64,000 nucleotides of DNA, from positions 2,418,001 through 2,482,000 of the forward strand of contig NEEC01000010.1 in the NCBI GenBank assembly GCA_002189035.1. Reading direction: 5' to 3'. This stretch comes from Utricularia gibba. Lineage: Eukaryota; Plantae; Magnoliophyta. Shown one piece after another: positions 24,836-36,974 of this stretch (position 1 is its first letter; every line of letters starts with the position of its first letter). The translations under genes and the position numbers were made by a program. Below the pieces are notes generated by a model. It was not told where the DNA came from. It worked only from the letters and a program-made list of their open reading frames with translations, and did no database searches.

Positions 24836-25730
24836 TCGATCGATGCATATAATTTTGTTTTTAATTTCCAGAGATTCTTTATAAACATAATAAATCAATT
24901 AATTAAATGATTCTTGTTGGGAATAAGTATTTTTTTGGATTAAATAAAAAATTCATAAAAGAAGGAATCGCGTCCTGTAATGCTTTATAGTATGTGAAAT
25001 AAAAATAATTTTAAATTAAAAATATTTTATATAATAAGATAAAATTATATTACAAAGTTTGTTGAATTAATTCAGGGGTGGAGTTTATTGGCGTCGCTAC
25101 AAGTTATAATCAGTATAAATATTTTTATTCTTAAGTTTTAAAATTATGTCATATTCTTTTCAAATTATTTTTTATAAATAATTTATCTATAAATTTATAA
25201 AATTACATATTTATTATCAAAACTAATTGATTTTTACTTTAACACTGTTATAATGGTATATTGCTGTAAACAATATCTAAATTACATTACTTCCCCATTG
25301 ATAATTTTACCCATTGACAAATTTTAAAAATCACAAAATATGAATACGATATAATTTTAATAATGTATTTCGATTCACCTAATTTTAAATGAAAATGTGA
25401 AAATCTATAATACGAAATTTTATTAATTTTAAAATTAGAGCTCATTAACATCATGAATCATTTCACTTTATAAATTTTTTTTAAAACTATTTACATCTTG
25501 GTTACATGATTTTGATAATTTTGAATATTTCTTTTATAATTTTGAAATTTGAAGATTATTTTTTTTTGTATTAATTGAAATTAAACCCTTTAAATTATTT
25601 TATAAAATAAGTAAACTATTTTTTAATTAATATTTTAATTTTATAACCAAAAAGGGAAAATAAATTAATTCTAATTAAAATATTGCATGATGCATCCTCC
25701 TGCCTTGGTATATATGTAGGAGGAGCTCGC

Positions 25731-28700
25731 TCACCCTACATTTTGACTGTGTAGCAGCTCGATCACTGCAGCAACAACACCCCTTCCCTCCGTCGTGATA
25801 TCCAGCCCGGATCTTCTATCTTCCTCGCCAAGAGCTTGTCGAGCTCGCCGCGAAGTCTCTGCGGAATCGGATCAGATAAACGGCCGCCTTGTGTTGAAGA
25901 ACAACTGTGTAAGAAAGAAACAGGATGAAGAGACATTACCCTGATCAGGGAAAGGATGGATTCGGATGCGGAGAAGTGGAGGTATCCGTCCAGCATTTGG
26001 ATGCCATCTCCGGCTCTGCTGGGACGAGCTTCCCACCGAACATCAGCAGAACATAATCTGATATGTTGGACGAATCCCTTATGAATACGTTGCTGGTCTT
26101 GACCTTCTCCCTGTAGACCAAGTATGGGAGTGGGAATTGTGGGACGAAAGCATTGACTGACGCCGGATGGATTTCGACTCTCCCGACTTCTTTTGTGTAG
26201 AAGGCTGTTCTTTTTCCTCTTCGTTTGCATTGCACCACGTTCGGGTACAGCCCGGCGCAGAGTATGGCGCAGACCATCTCAAGATCATGACCATTTTGGT
26301 TGTAAGCCTACAAGATCGGACATGGGGGTGAAAATGGGGCAACTTCTAGCATGTGATGCTTACTGCAGCTAGAGAGTTCGGAGGTGCTTACTGGGATGCC
26401 TTTGGATTTATCCACAAAGCCGATGGTTGCAAGGAGATCAAAGAATTGAAGTCTCAGTTCTTTTATCATTTTCAAGGCTGCCGGAGAGAGGAAGTTATCC
26501 CAGCAGAAGCCCTTCTCATCTCCACAGCGTCTTGCACGCTCCCATTCTTCAAAAGCATTGAGAAGTGCAATGTGGTCACTGTTATAAAGAGGGGAGAGCA
26601 ATCGTTGGGTTCCATTTCTGCTATGAAAATCACCAAATGACAAAACACTGTACTCCAGCATCACCTGCATGAACCCGCAGCAAATGATCTTTTTGCAGCA
26701 TCTGCCTCTTCCTTTCTGTTAATGGGGAGGACAAACGGGTCTCGATGTGCTAGTGCAGCAGCTATTGTTAATGCAGGATTGAGGCATTGGAAGATGGAAC
26801 CCATGAGAAGCATCTTCCCAATACTTGGATCCAACGGCAAAGTGCAAAGATGTTGCCCTGTTATACGAGATATTTGTGATATCCTTTAAAAATCATTGGC
26901 AAACAGAAGATAAAGGAAAATGACTACATACCAAGAGGAGTTAGCTCTTCACTGTCATCCAGAGTACCAATTGTTTTCAGAAGCTCGATAGCATTCTCAA
27001 CTGAACGAGGATCAGGTGGCTGTAGTGCCTTGGCCAAAAATGTGCTAATTGATCCCAGCTGCAAACCTTTGATCTGCAGGCATAATTCTTGCAGTGGAGT
27101 TCGAAGCATTTCAGGGAGTTGATAGTTGGGCATGGAGTCATAAATTATTTTAGGATACAATCTATAGCAAACTCCAGGTTGAACACGACCAGCACGACCA
27201 CGTCTCTGCAATTAACAAGTAAGTGACTGCTACAAATGTTCCAAATGAAGCTAATCTTCTCTGAGAAGAGAGTGAACTCTAAATGTACCTGATGGGCTGA
27301 TGCCTTGGAAATCCACGAAGGAAGAAGGCATGCAAGTTTATTAAGAGCATCATAACTAGTCTCCTTTGCTTTCCCACAGTCTATAACATACACCACATCA
27401 TCTATTGTGATGCTACTCTCTGCAATATTGGTTGCGAGCACAATTTTCCTGTAAAATTACATGGAATTTAGCAGGCAATCAGTCACAGAATAAATGAGGG
27501 AATTCAAAACACAATATAACTTAACCTTATCTTCCACATCTCAAAGATGATATAATGGCAGGCGCAAAACCATTACTTACCTAACATTAGGAGGTGGGCG
27601 ATCAAAAATTTCCCGCTGATTGACTGTAGGCATTGACCCATGAAGAGGAAGAAGCAAAAACCTATTTGGGTTTCCAAGAGTTGCATTCACTTTGAGCTTG
27701 TCAAGGAGGTTCGATATTTCATCCCAACCAGTAAGGAAAACAAGAATGGCTCCTCCTCCTTCATGGAAACAGATATGCTCAATGGCTGCTTCAACCTAGA
27801 AAGTGAAATTGCACAGGAAAAAAAATTAAGTATATGCACGGGCCCAGTAAAAATGAACAAAAGATTGTATTCCATGTGAGAGCACCCGCAGAAGGTTAAC
27901 TAACGATGATAAACAAGCACTACTTTCATACAGTACAGCGATAAACCATGTACCTCACAAAAACTACAAAATATGCGCGCAAACGGCATCCTTCTTTATT
28001 CTAATAATCTATTACAACTGATCTCAAGCGCAAATATTAATAAGGAAAAAAAAGCCACTTTCGTGTGTAGGTAACTTAAATACATACAAGGCCCAAATCA
28101 AGCTGAGAAGGGGACCAAGCGTCAAGAGATTCCCTCGTTTTAAAGCTATAGCCTTTGTAATGAGTATCAATATTAATATCCTGAAAACAGAAGAACACCT
28201 ATCAGAACTACAATATGGCAAAAAACGTGTGATTTAGCATTAATAATACTTGCATACCAAACAAAATGACACCACTGGACACCTATAGTGTTATGAATTG
28301 CAAAATAACCTCAAATAATTGGGTCAAAGGATCCTGATCCTTAGACCTCTGTTGTCGCTGACCTCTTCTTGAACTTCCCCAAGAATTGCTAGCCTCAGCT
28401 TTGATACTATACCGAGTTTGTTCTAAAACATCTTCCAGATAAAATTCCTTTACTGGAAAAGTGAATCCCTAGATAGAAAACTTATTGAAAATTCAGACAA
28501 ATTAGGGGAAAAAATAACATTGATTAACAAGACTATACAACATACAGGAATATGCATAGTTGGAGCATCTCCAAAGTATTTGGCAAACAAATCAGCATTG
28601 ATGGTTGCACTCATGAGAATAAGACGAAGATTTGGACGGCGTGGAAGCAGATCTTTCATGATGATCAGCAGGAAGTCTTCATTCTCTCCTCGCTCATGAA

Positions 28701-30781
28701 TTTCATCTACCAACAAATGACTGACTCCAACCAAATCTGGATCCTGGATCTATAACCAGGAAAGCAAATGCAGAATAAAATGCTGCACATTTTGAATCTT
28801 GAATTTGAATCCGCAATTAAAAAAAAAACAACTCAACAGATGAATAGAATAACAATGTTATTTTCAACAAAACAAGGATGGACATTTCAAAAAGTCTGTA
28901 CCAGCCGGCGAAGTAGCACCCCAGTTGTGCAAAACAGTAATCTTGTTTGAGAGGACATTTCAGATTCGAGGCGAATCTGATATCCTACAGTCTCACCAAG
29001 CTTTTCTCCCCTTTCAGAAGATACTCGGGATGCCACTGATACTGCTGATATTCTACGAGGTTGGGTGCATATAATGTTACAACTAGAACCTCTTAGAGAT
29101 GATATCTCCTCCTCAAGGATAAATTGGGGAAGCTGCGTAGTTTTGCCACAGCCAGTTTCTCCAGACACAACCAAAACCTTTCAAATGGAGAATTTGGCAG
29201 TTTCAAGGGAAATTTCATACATTTTGATTTCCAGAACATGAAAAGAAACACTTGAACAGGACGATTCTAATACCTGATTTTTTGCTACTGCTTCCAAGAA
29301 TTCAGATTTCAGATTAAACGCTGGAAGTTTTTCTCTAAAAGCCATCATTTCTTTCACAGAACCAATTTCCTAGCATAATGCAGCGTCTTTAAGATCATTT
29401 TAGCGCAAAGAAGAGGCATTTAAAGCAAAAATTTGCATACCCTCATCTTTTCCTGTCTCTCTTTCATTTCTAGATCGAGCCTCATGGACACTTTACCAGT
29501 CTCCAAGAGCAGTGTTGCTTTTTCTGTTTCGGCAGCTTTGGAAGATGACGTTGCAGACTCAGCTAATACAGAAACCCTGTTCGAAGTTGATGGCATATTG
29601 TCAGAAGAGCCAAGTAAATTGCCCACCTTCTTCTCAATCTCATTTGTCATTCTTATCTGAAACGTTTACCAACAGGAGAAGATATATTAGACTATGCTGA
29701 CAATAATAAAACTTCCAGATTATTTTGTCTGGTCCAAACATACATATAATTACCTCTTTCTTTGATGAGCCATGTTTTTCATCAAGATCTGCACGATAAT
29801 CAGGCAATGGAACTTTGCTCACAACAAGTGCCTTTCCTTTGTCATATGCATGGCTTTCTTCCACAATTCAAAAAAGTATATTTCAACAAAAAGCCACATA
29901 ATAATTGCTTAAGCAAAGACAAAAATAATTCAAAATGATAAAAAAAATCTTTTGCCAAATCCATCAACTCATAATCTTAAAAAATAAACAGCAGAGAGCA
30001 TTATGAAAGAGGAAAAACTTACAAATGAAGACCCAACTGACGAGCCATATTAGCCAAAACTCGCTGATCATCTAGACTGAACACTTTCCTTATCACAATC
30101 TCCTGCTCTTTTCCATTTTTCATCAGTTCCATTTTCCCCCACCATTCACTCTGATCTAATACCTCAACCTACAGCCGCAAAACACGTTCATATCATGAAA
30201 AGATACCAAGAAAAGCCACTGGATGAAGTAAAGAACCATCTTTCAACTAGCTCAACAAAAAAGAAAGCCTCGGATCGCAACTACCAAGGCTTTCATGAAA
30301 GCACCGAATCACAATACTGCTTCACAGAACTCCAGTCATGAATCGCGTCACTCTATTAGAAATCTGGATTAATCAAATTAAACGTTTTCTTCCCATTCAT
30401 TGAACCGTTATCCAAATAATCAGCCTCGACAAAATGAAGAGAACAAAGTATCACCTGAGCAGCTTTCTCGACTGCCATTTGACGAAGTCGTTCGGCTCTC
30501 CAGACAGGGTCCCACCAGCGCTGCTCGCCTCCACCACCTCGACCTCGGCCTCCTCCTCTACCACCACCGTTTCCGCGACCTCCACCGAATTGACGCCCGC
30601 CTCTGGGGTTCCCTCGGTAAGACATGACAGTTGAGGAAGAGATACCACGAAAATTCCTCCTTGAAAAACTCCGACCGCCGATGAATCCGAAGCAAACGGC
30701 GCAAGGGATGCCAGAGGAGACCTCCGGATCAAAGAAGTGGGAGAAATGGCGGAATGAGTTGTAATGTAGGCGGCGCGTCAT
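25731..30781 (-). CDS. DExH1: DExH-box ATP-dependent RNA helicase DExH1 (DHX36-related), multi-exon, with two apparent -1 frameshifts (26022-26024, 25806-25808)
   Basis: RGG-rich N-terminus with [16 protein letters not shown], motif [43 protein letters not shown]2 and OB-fold segments. The corrected C-terminus is [26 protein letters not shown]. Confidence 0.93.
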
Positions 30782-30843
30782 GTAACACGCGCCTTTTACC
30801 TCACAATCATGGAAGCCTGGGCATGGCTTTAACTACATATACC

Positions 30844-30915
30844 TAGGCCCATAATATTTTACCGCCCTTTCAAATGGGCCTAAATATTAGCGTAGGCCCA
30901 TAAGATTTTACCGCC
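30844..30915. promoter_or_regulatory. Duplicated 23-bp promoter module (site II plus TTTTACCGCC) in the divergent promoter of DExH1 and the unknown gene
   Basis: TAGGCCCATAATATTTTACCGCC (30844-30866) and TAGGCCCATAAGATTTTACCGCC (30893-30915), 22/23 identical, with TGGGCC between them. Confidence 0.7.
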
Positions 30916-31274
30916 AAGCCCCAAATACGAAATATCATAGGGTTTATTTTTATTACCTAATTCTTAATGGAGAATAAATGTGATAATTAAAAATAAAAAA
31001 GAGTTAAACTACAGTGAATAGTAAATTTTTATTTTAAATTTTTGAATTAATAAAATGGATAAATTTCAATTTGTCACTAAACCAAATTAAATTGTATTAA
31101 TTATCAAATAGTTTAATTGGTAAAGAATTAATCAGTTCAGTGGTCCCGCTGCACTGGAAACCCCCCACCCCGACACACATTAATTGCAATTGCTCACCAC
31201 ACCGCAATCATCTACGCACATTCCCAAGGCGAGAGCGAAAACCTCGCCGCCGCCGACGCCGTCGCCGCCAGTAC

Positions 31275-31760
31275 ATGGACAACCGAGACCCCGTGGTCTC
31301 TTCGCCGATGGTCTCCGAAGTCCTGACTCCTCTCCGCCGAGTCAACTCCAATCCGGCGATGATTTTCCCGACGAAGCTATCAATCCTTCTCAACCACAAA
31401 CCATCCCTCGCAGAATCTTCATCTTCCGACAATCTGGAGTTGCTCGCGGTGAGTCCGATCTCTCAGAAGTACACTTCGCTTAGGGATATCCTTTCTCCTG
31501 TGTCCCTTTGCTCGCCGAAATCGATTAACCGAAGCCCGACCCAACCCGGATTCGACATCGGAATCCGTAACCGCCTCGTGAAGCAAGCGGCGTGGGCGTA
31601 TCTGCAGCCGATGTCCACCACGCCGACCTCCGATGACGGCGGCGGATTCTTCCGGCAGACAATAACGCGCTTGGCCGCCTTGTTTGACTCCCTCCGCCGA
31701 TGCTTCAATCGGGTCGTCAATTGGGCTTTCAGAAGTCTTCGGATCCCCAGCTTCAGATAG
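31275..31760 (+). CDS. Conserved plant protein of unknown function (YTSL..IL / IRNRLVKQAAWAYLQP family), intronless
   Basis: 161-aa ORF containing YTSLRDIL and IGIRNRLVKQAAWAYLQPMS, motifs I recognise from a small uncharacterised plant family. Confidence 0.75.
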   Translation: MDNRDPVVSSPMVSEVLTPLRRVNSNPAMIFPTKLSILLNHKPSLAESSSSDNLELLAVSPISQKYTSLRDILSPVSLCSPKSINRSPTQPGFDIGIRNRLVKQAAWAYLQPMSTTPTSDDGGGFFRQTITRLAALFDSLRRCFNRVVNWAFRSLRIPSFR

Positions 31761-32650
31761 CAGTTGTTTTATTTTACTTTTGTGTGAATAACGCAAGCAC
31801 AGCGATGGAATGAAATTCAAATTCGAAACATTCATTCAATTTTTATTTTCTTTTTTTAATAAAAAAAAATCGATTGCTTGTATAAATAAATATTTAATGT
31901 ATTTTTCAAATATCTTGAGAAAATTTATTTTCCATTTTCGAGGTTGGTTACTGGTCTTTTTCAGCTTGAATTTTAATATTATATAATTGTAAATAATTGT
32001 ACTTCAATATTAGCATCATAAATAGTTATCCATACTTTTTTGAATGGTATGGCCCACAACCATGGAAGTAGTGCCGTTTTAGTAAGATCGATTTTTTATA
32101 TATATAACATGATTATTTTTTCACACACTAAAATTAGGATGCTTAGTTTTCTAATAAGTTCAACCGACATCCCTATTTTCATTATAAAATCTTATGCAAA
32201 ATACACCATTTTTCTATAATATCAAGCATATAATACTAATATTGAGTTGATATTTGTGATTAATTACAATATTAATGATCTTTAGCTAAATATTTATCAT
32301 CCAAATCACGAGAAAAAATATAACTTATTAATTATTAATAGAAAAAATAAGATAAATTAATTTATTTTATAATCTAAGCTGATTGGGATGAATAGTTAAT
32401 TTATTAAATTTTCTAAAAAAATATTGTATAAAGTAATTGTTAATCAAGGGTATACATGGGCCGTGGAGCCCAAATTTTGGACTAGGTTCGACCCAATGTA
32501 TAAAGGCCGAGGCATATGGATCCACTTTTCGGGGATCCACGTGGATGAAGTGAAGAGTGGGGCCCACGAAGTCAACAGTTTTCGTGATCAAATACCAGTG
32601 GGATGTCTCTCTCTCGCGCTTTAAGCTAACCTTTTCCCTCCCTTTTTGCG

Positions 32651-33370
32651 ATGGAATGCCGCGTTGGAAAGAAAACCGCCGGCCGATGCAAAATCGAGAT
32701 CAAGAAAATCGCTGACAGGTCGCGCCGGCAGGTGACGTTCACGAAGCGCCACCAGGGACTGTTCAAGAAAGCGGCGGAGTGCAGCATTATCTGCGGCGTC
32801 GGGATCACTATCTACGCCAAGTCCCCTGGTGGAAAGGTATTCAAATTCTCTTCCGCTACTCCGCCGCACCAATCGGTTCGCCGATCTCTTTTCGGCGGAG
32901 TGAAACCTTCGACCAATGAAAACCGGGCCGTCTATACCCCGAGAGCACAGAATCTTGAATCCGATAAGGGGAAGAACAAGATTACAGAGGGACCGTTTTG
33001 GTGGGAGCGTGATATCAACGACATTCACGATTTGCAAGAGTTGCAGGAATTCACAGCCGCATTGATAAATTTGAAAAACCGCGTATCTGCAGAGATGGAG
33101 AAATCAAATGCGGCTTACCCTTCTCCTCTCCCTTGGGTTGCCGCACAGATGGATCCCTCCGCTACCCCATGGACGATTATGGATGGTTTCCCAATGAAAG
33201 ATTTCAATTCTGCTGTATGTTGGGATCCAATTCAGACGAACATCCAGAATTTCTGTCATTCGGATCCAACTGCGGCGGCTCCTCTTCAGATGAATGCGTC
33301 CGATCCGGAATATTCAGCGACCGAGATGCCCAACCTTGATGATTTGGAGTTAGTGGTAAGAACTCATTAG
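32651..33370 (+). CDS. Type I (M-alpha) MADS-box protein, copy 2, intronless, intact 239 aa
   Basis: GRCKIEIKKIADRSRRQVTFTKRHQGLFKKAAECSIICG, SPGGKVFKFS and FWWERDINDIHDLQEL. Confidence 0.9.
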   Translation: MECRVGKKTAGRCKIEIKKIADRSRRQVTFTKRHQGLFKKAAECSIICGVGITIYAKSPGGKVFKFSSATPPHQSVRRSLFGGVKPSTNENRAVYTPRAQNLESDKGKNKITEGPFWWERDINDIHDLQELQEFTAALINLKNRVSAEMEKSNAAYPSPLPWVAAQMDPSATPWTIMDGFPMKDFNSAVCWDPIQTNIQNFCHSDPTAAAPLQMNASDPEYSATEMPNLDDLELVVRTH

Positions 33371-34855
33371 ATTTTGATTACTTCCACCTCTAATCTCCTC
33401 GCTAATCCATTTTGGTGTGCCGGAATTGCAGCTTGATGAATCCGATCTGCTTTTTCTCCAAGAGAATTATGGATAAACTGTCCCGGCGACACACTCGGAA
33501 AATGTCTCAGTTTTTTCTTTCTAGTCCGTTAGTCGGTGTACTCATTTGTCGGCGTTGTACTGAAACGATGAACACATTCTTTTGAAGGTGAAAATGAAAT
33601 ACAATAAAAAAATTCTTTTGGAATATTTAGTTTTTTTAAAATGCATCAAATGAAAATTAACATATGTTTAAATAAATAGTGTGGTATTTAACAATCCCAA
33701 ACATATGTCCTTTAAAATTTTCAAAAAATGTATTTGATATTATTCTATAATATTATAAAATAAAAAATAAATGTATAAATGAGAGTTTACATAATTAATT
33801 TGATCTTTAATTCGTCGAATCCTGGAACTGAAAACTAAGCGGTTGTATTTTAAAAAATGAACTAAAATAAATGAGAAAAAAATGATATTACTGAAAAAAA
33901 TCATTAAAATAATAATGAAGAATTAGCTAAATAATTCATTTTACATTAATATGCTATTTTTGAAAATACGAACTTTAATTTTTTATTGTGAAAAATGAGA
34001 AATAATTATATCATGTAGAATTATGTAATTTATCATTTTGGTGTAAGTCTTCTGATTTCATGCGGGAAGTTGACGCAGTCTTCCAACTGTTATAACCGAC
34101 GAGCAACTAAATTCAGAAGCCGGTTATTACGTCGTAATCGAGACAATAATGTAATGTTTAATAATTAATTTTATTATTATTTTTACCATTTTTTCCCCAA
34201 ATCTCATAATGCACGTAGACGGATTCCCCCAAGGCGCATTTAAAGATCCCTCTTCTTGTGAGGCAGGGGGCCCCCTTATGCGCTAGAGTCTACAGGCTCC
34301 ATTTACTTGTCATGTAAGTCATATTAGCTATATATTACAAAAATGAACACGGTATTTTAAGTATGTGATAAAATTGTTGAAATTATGTGTAAAAAATTAG
34401 TCTAAATGAGCCAGTCCCACTCAACACTCCTTTAACATACACCTTTAAATCTAAAACGCTGTATAACATATGGTTTGAAAACATTCTCATTCTTATTTTA
34501 CATTTTCGACTTGATTCATGAGTTCGTTGTCATATCGTATTGTTTCGGTTTTGGTTTCGGTTCGAATCTATGGGGTTATGTATGCATTGAAACGGCTAGG
34601 ATCCATTTGATATATACCCGAGAGTGGTCACTGGTCCATTAGTTAGGTCAATTTCAGAGATTTTCCTTGTTCCCTCTAAACCTATCAAAACACGTGTAAA
34701 AATAAAAATCAGAAAAAATGGTGATTTTTTTTATTATTGTTAAATTCTTTTTTAGTTAGCGCGGAAATTTCCTGGTTGATGCCGCTGCTTTATGAAGACA
34801 AAGAGATCTCTATATATATAGAGAGAGAGGCCCTCCCTGTGCGCTAGTAACGGCG

Positions 34856-36540
34856 ATGGACGCTCTCCGGGGACTTCTCTTTCTCGCCGCCGCATCGCTT
34901 GTTTCCCGCGGCGCGCTTGGGGCTTCCCCACGCCGTACGTGTTTTGTATGCTAGAAAGGTGGGGAATAGTATTGATGTGCTATAGTTTTTTTTGTTTAAA
35001 CAGATGGGGAGGAGGGCGGGGTAAGCCAGCAAGTTCCGTTCAGTTACTCCGGCGCGACGGGGCCGGAGCACTGGGGGAGTCTCAGTCCGAAATTCTCGAT
35101 GTGCAGCGACGGGAAGTCGCAGTCGCCGATCAACATACGGACCAACAAAGTTGTGGTTAAGGAAGAACGGGATCCGTTGCTCGCTTCCTACGCCGCCGTC
35201 GCCGAAAACGTCACTCTCATCAACAGCTTTTACAGCGTCGCGGTAAGTTTCTTTCACCTCGCGGTTGTTCATGTTGCGCGTGAGATAAATTGACCCACGA
35301 GTATTGTGAGTAAAAAAATAATCATGGATATTTCAATAATTTGATATAAATTATAAAAATCTTGTACTTGAAATATACTAAAATCGAGAATTAAAATAAA
35401 AATCTCAATATTTAATATTCATAAAATGTGTGGCATGGCGTTTCACATATAGTACTGTGCCTCTTTGCATGCAGGTGAAGTATCCTCGCGCTAGCGGGAA
35501 GCTGATAGTCGATCACACCATCTACACCCTCGTCCAAATGCATTGGCACACACCATCGGAACACACGATCGACGGCCACCGGTACGTCGATTCGTATACG
35601 AAAACATACGCACATACATACATACATAGCTTGCAATTCTTCATTGTGTTTAGCATGGATTACCATCCATTGTTAAGATTTATAAGGGTATTGAAATTTG
35701 AACTCCCTTAGTTTTTGCTTTGCAAGTTGAGCTTTGTGATTTGATATTGTTGGTTTAAATGATCAGAGTTAGAAGTAGATCAAAGAATTAGAATGTGGAT
35801 ACATAAGTATATTTTTTGAAGTATAAATTAATAGGATTGGATAAATCTAGTCTTGCCACGTTTAGGATATGACGATGTTTCCGCTTCACACACCTATTCT
35901 ACTGAGGATTATTGTAAATACTTGTTTGATGAATGATGCCTCTTTATCTTACTAATAGATAGAATCTCTTCTAAATTGAACTTTAGGATCCAATCATGTA
36001 ACATCATACGGTAGTGTTACATGAGCAAGCCTAACCTAAGTTCCAATTGATTGATTAGGTTTGAAGCAGAGCTTCATCTTGTTCATGTACACGAAAACGG
36101 GCGAATGGTGGTGGTGGGGATGTTGTACGAGTTGGGGAGATCAAACAAACTCATAGCCAAGGTACATTACATGCTCAATAACAATATATCTGTGTAGATT
36201 GGATTCGGGTTGGTTCGACCATACCCCGTCTAATGATGAGCCTTGACATATGCAGATGCAAAACCGATTGATTGAACTTGAGAACACGACGAGTCTTAGC
36301 GAGAGGATGCAGCCACCGGAGGTGATGAAGGGGTGTGGAAAGTATTACAAGTACATGGGATCCTTGACTACTCCTCCTTGCGAGGAGAATGTTACTTGGT
36401 ACGTGATGGGGAGAGTGGGGTCCATCTCTCGTAAACAGCTGCGTATCCTTAGGGCTCCCTTGAGTAGTGGATGTAAGAACAATGCAAGGCCTTGTCAGCC
36501 AGTCAATGGTCGCCACGTGGATTTAGTTATAAGGAAATGA
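34856..36540 (+). CDS. ACA1: Alpha carbonic anhydrase (alphaCA1-like) with signal peptide, 5 exons
   Basis: FSYSGATGPEHWG, QSPINI, Zn ligands QMHWHTPSEH and ELHLVH, GSLTTPPCEENVTW and NNARPCQPVNGR. Exons join in frame at GT-AG sites. Confidence 0.92.
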
Positions 36541-36779
36541 TCCCACTTGCTACAATTTTCATAGCTTGTTTGAAATAAAATGAGTTTTGTGAATTTAAAT
36601 TTAAAAAATATTTGATATATTTATTTGAAATTTTTTTAATATTTCTAAAAGAATTAAATAAAAAAATTTTCATAAAAATTTCTTAATATCGATTCAAAAT
36701 TAAATTGTATGTTTAAATAAAACTTATTAAAAAATAGTCAATTTCAATAAAACATATGGTTTTATAGCTATAAATTTAT

Positions 36780-36865
36780 TGGGCCGAACCATTCGGATAT
36801 TGGATCCGTTAATGGGCTTCGGAGGGGCTATTTGTGTGTTGCTTTATTGGGCCTTTTAATGGGCT
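36780..36865. promoter_or_regulatory. Site II cluster upstream of TSR2
   Basis: TGGGCC 36780, TGGGCT 36813, TGGGCC 36848, TGGGCT 36860. Confidence 0.65.
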
Positions 36866-36974
36866 GATTCACTCCCGCGCCCAGGCTGGTTGCCATTGCC
36901 CGATGAGGTTATGAGTTGTGTTGGCCAGTGGGCAGGGAGCTAGGAAGCAGAGAGAACAGAAGAAATCGCGGCTG

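Noticed and set aside
34413-34425. GTCCCAC motif (also TCCCACAT near 4953) as an snRNA USE promoter
   Set aside because: Incomplete match to RTCCCACATCG, and no recognisable snRNA or snoRNA sequence downstream.
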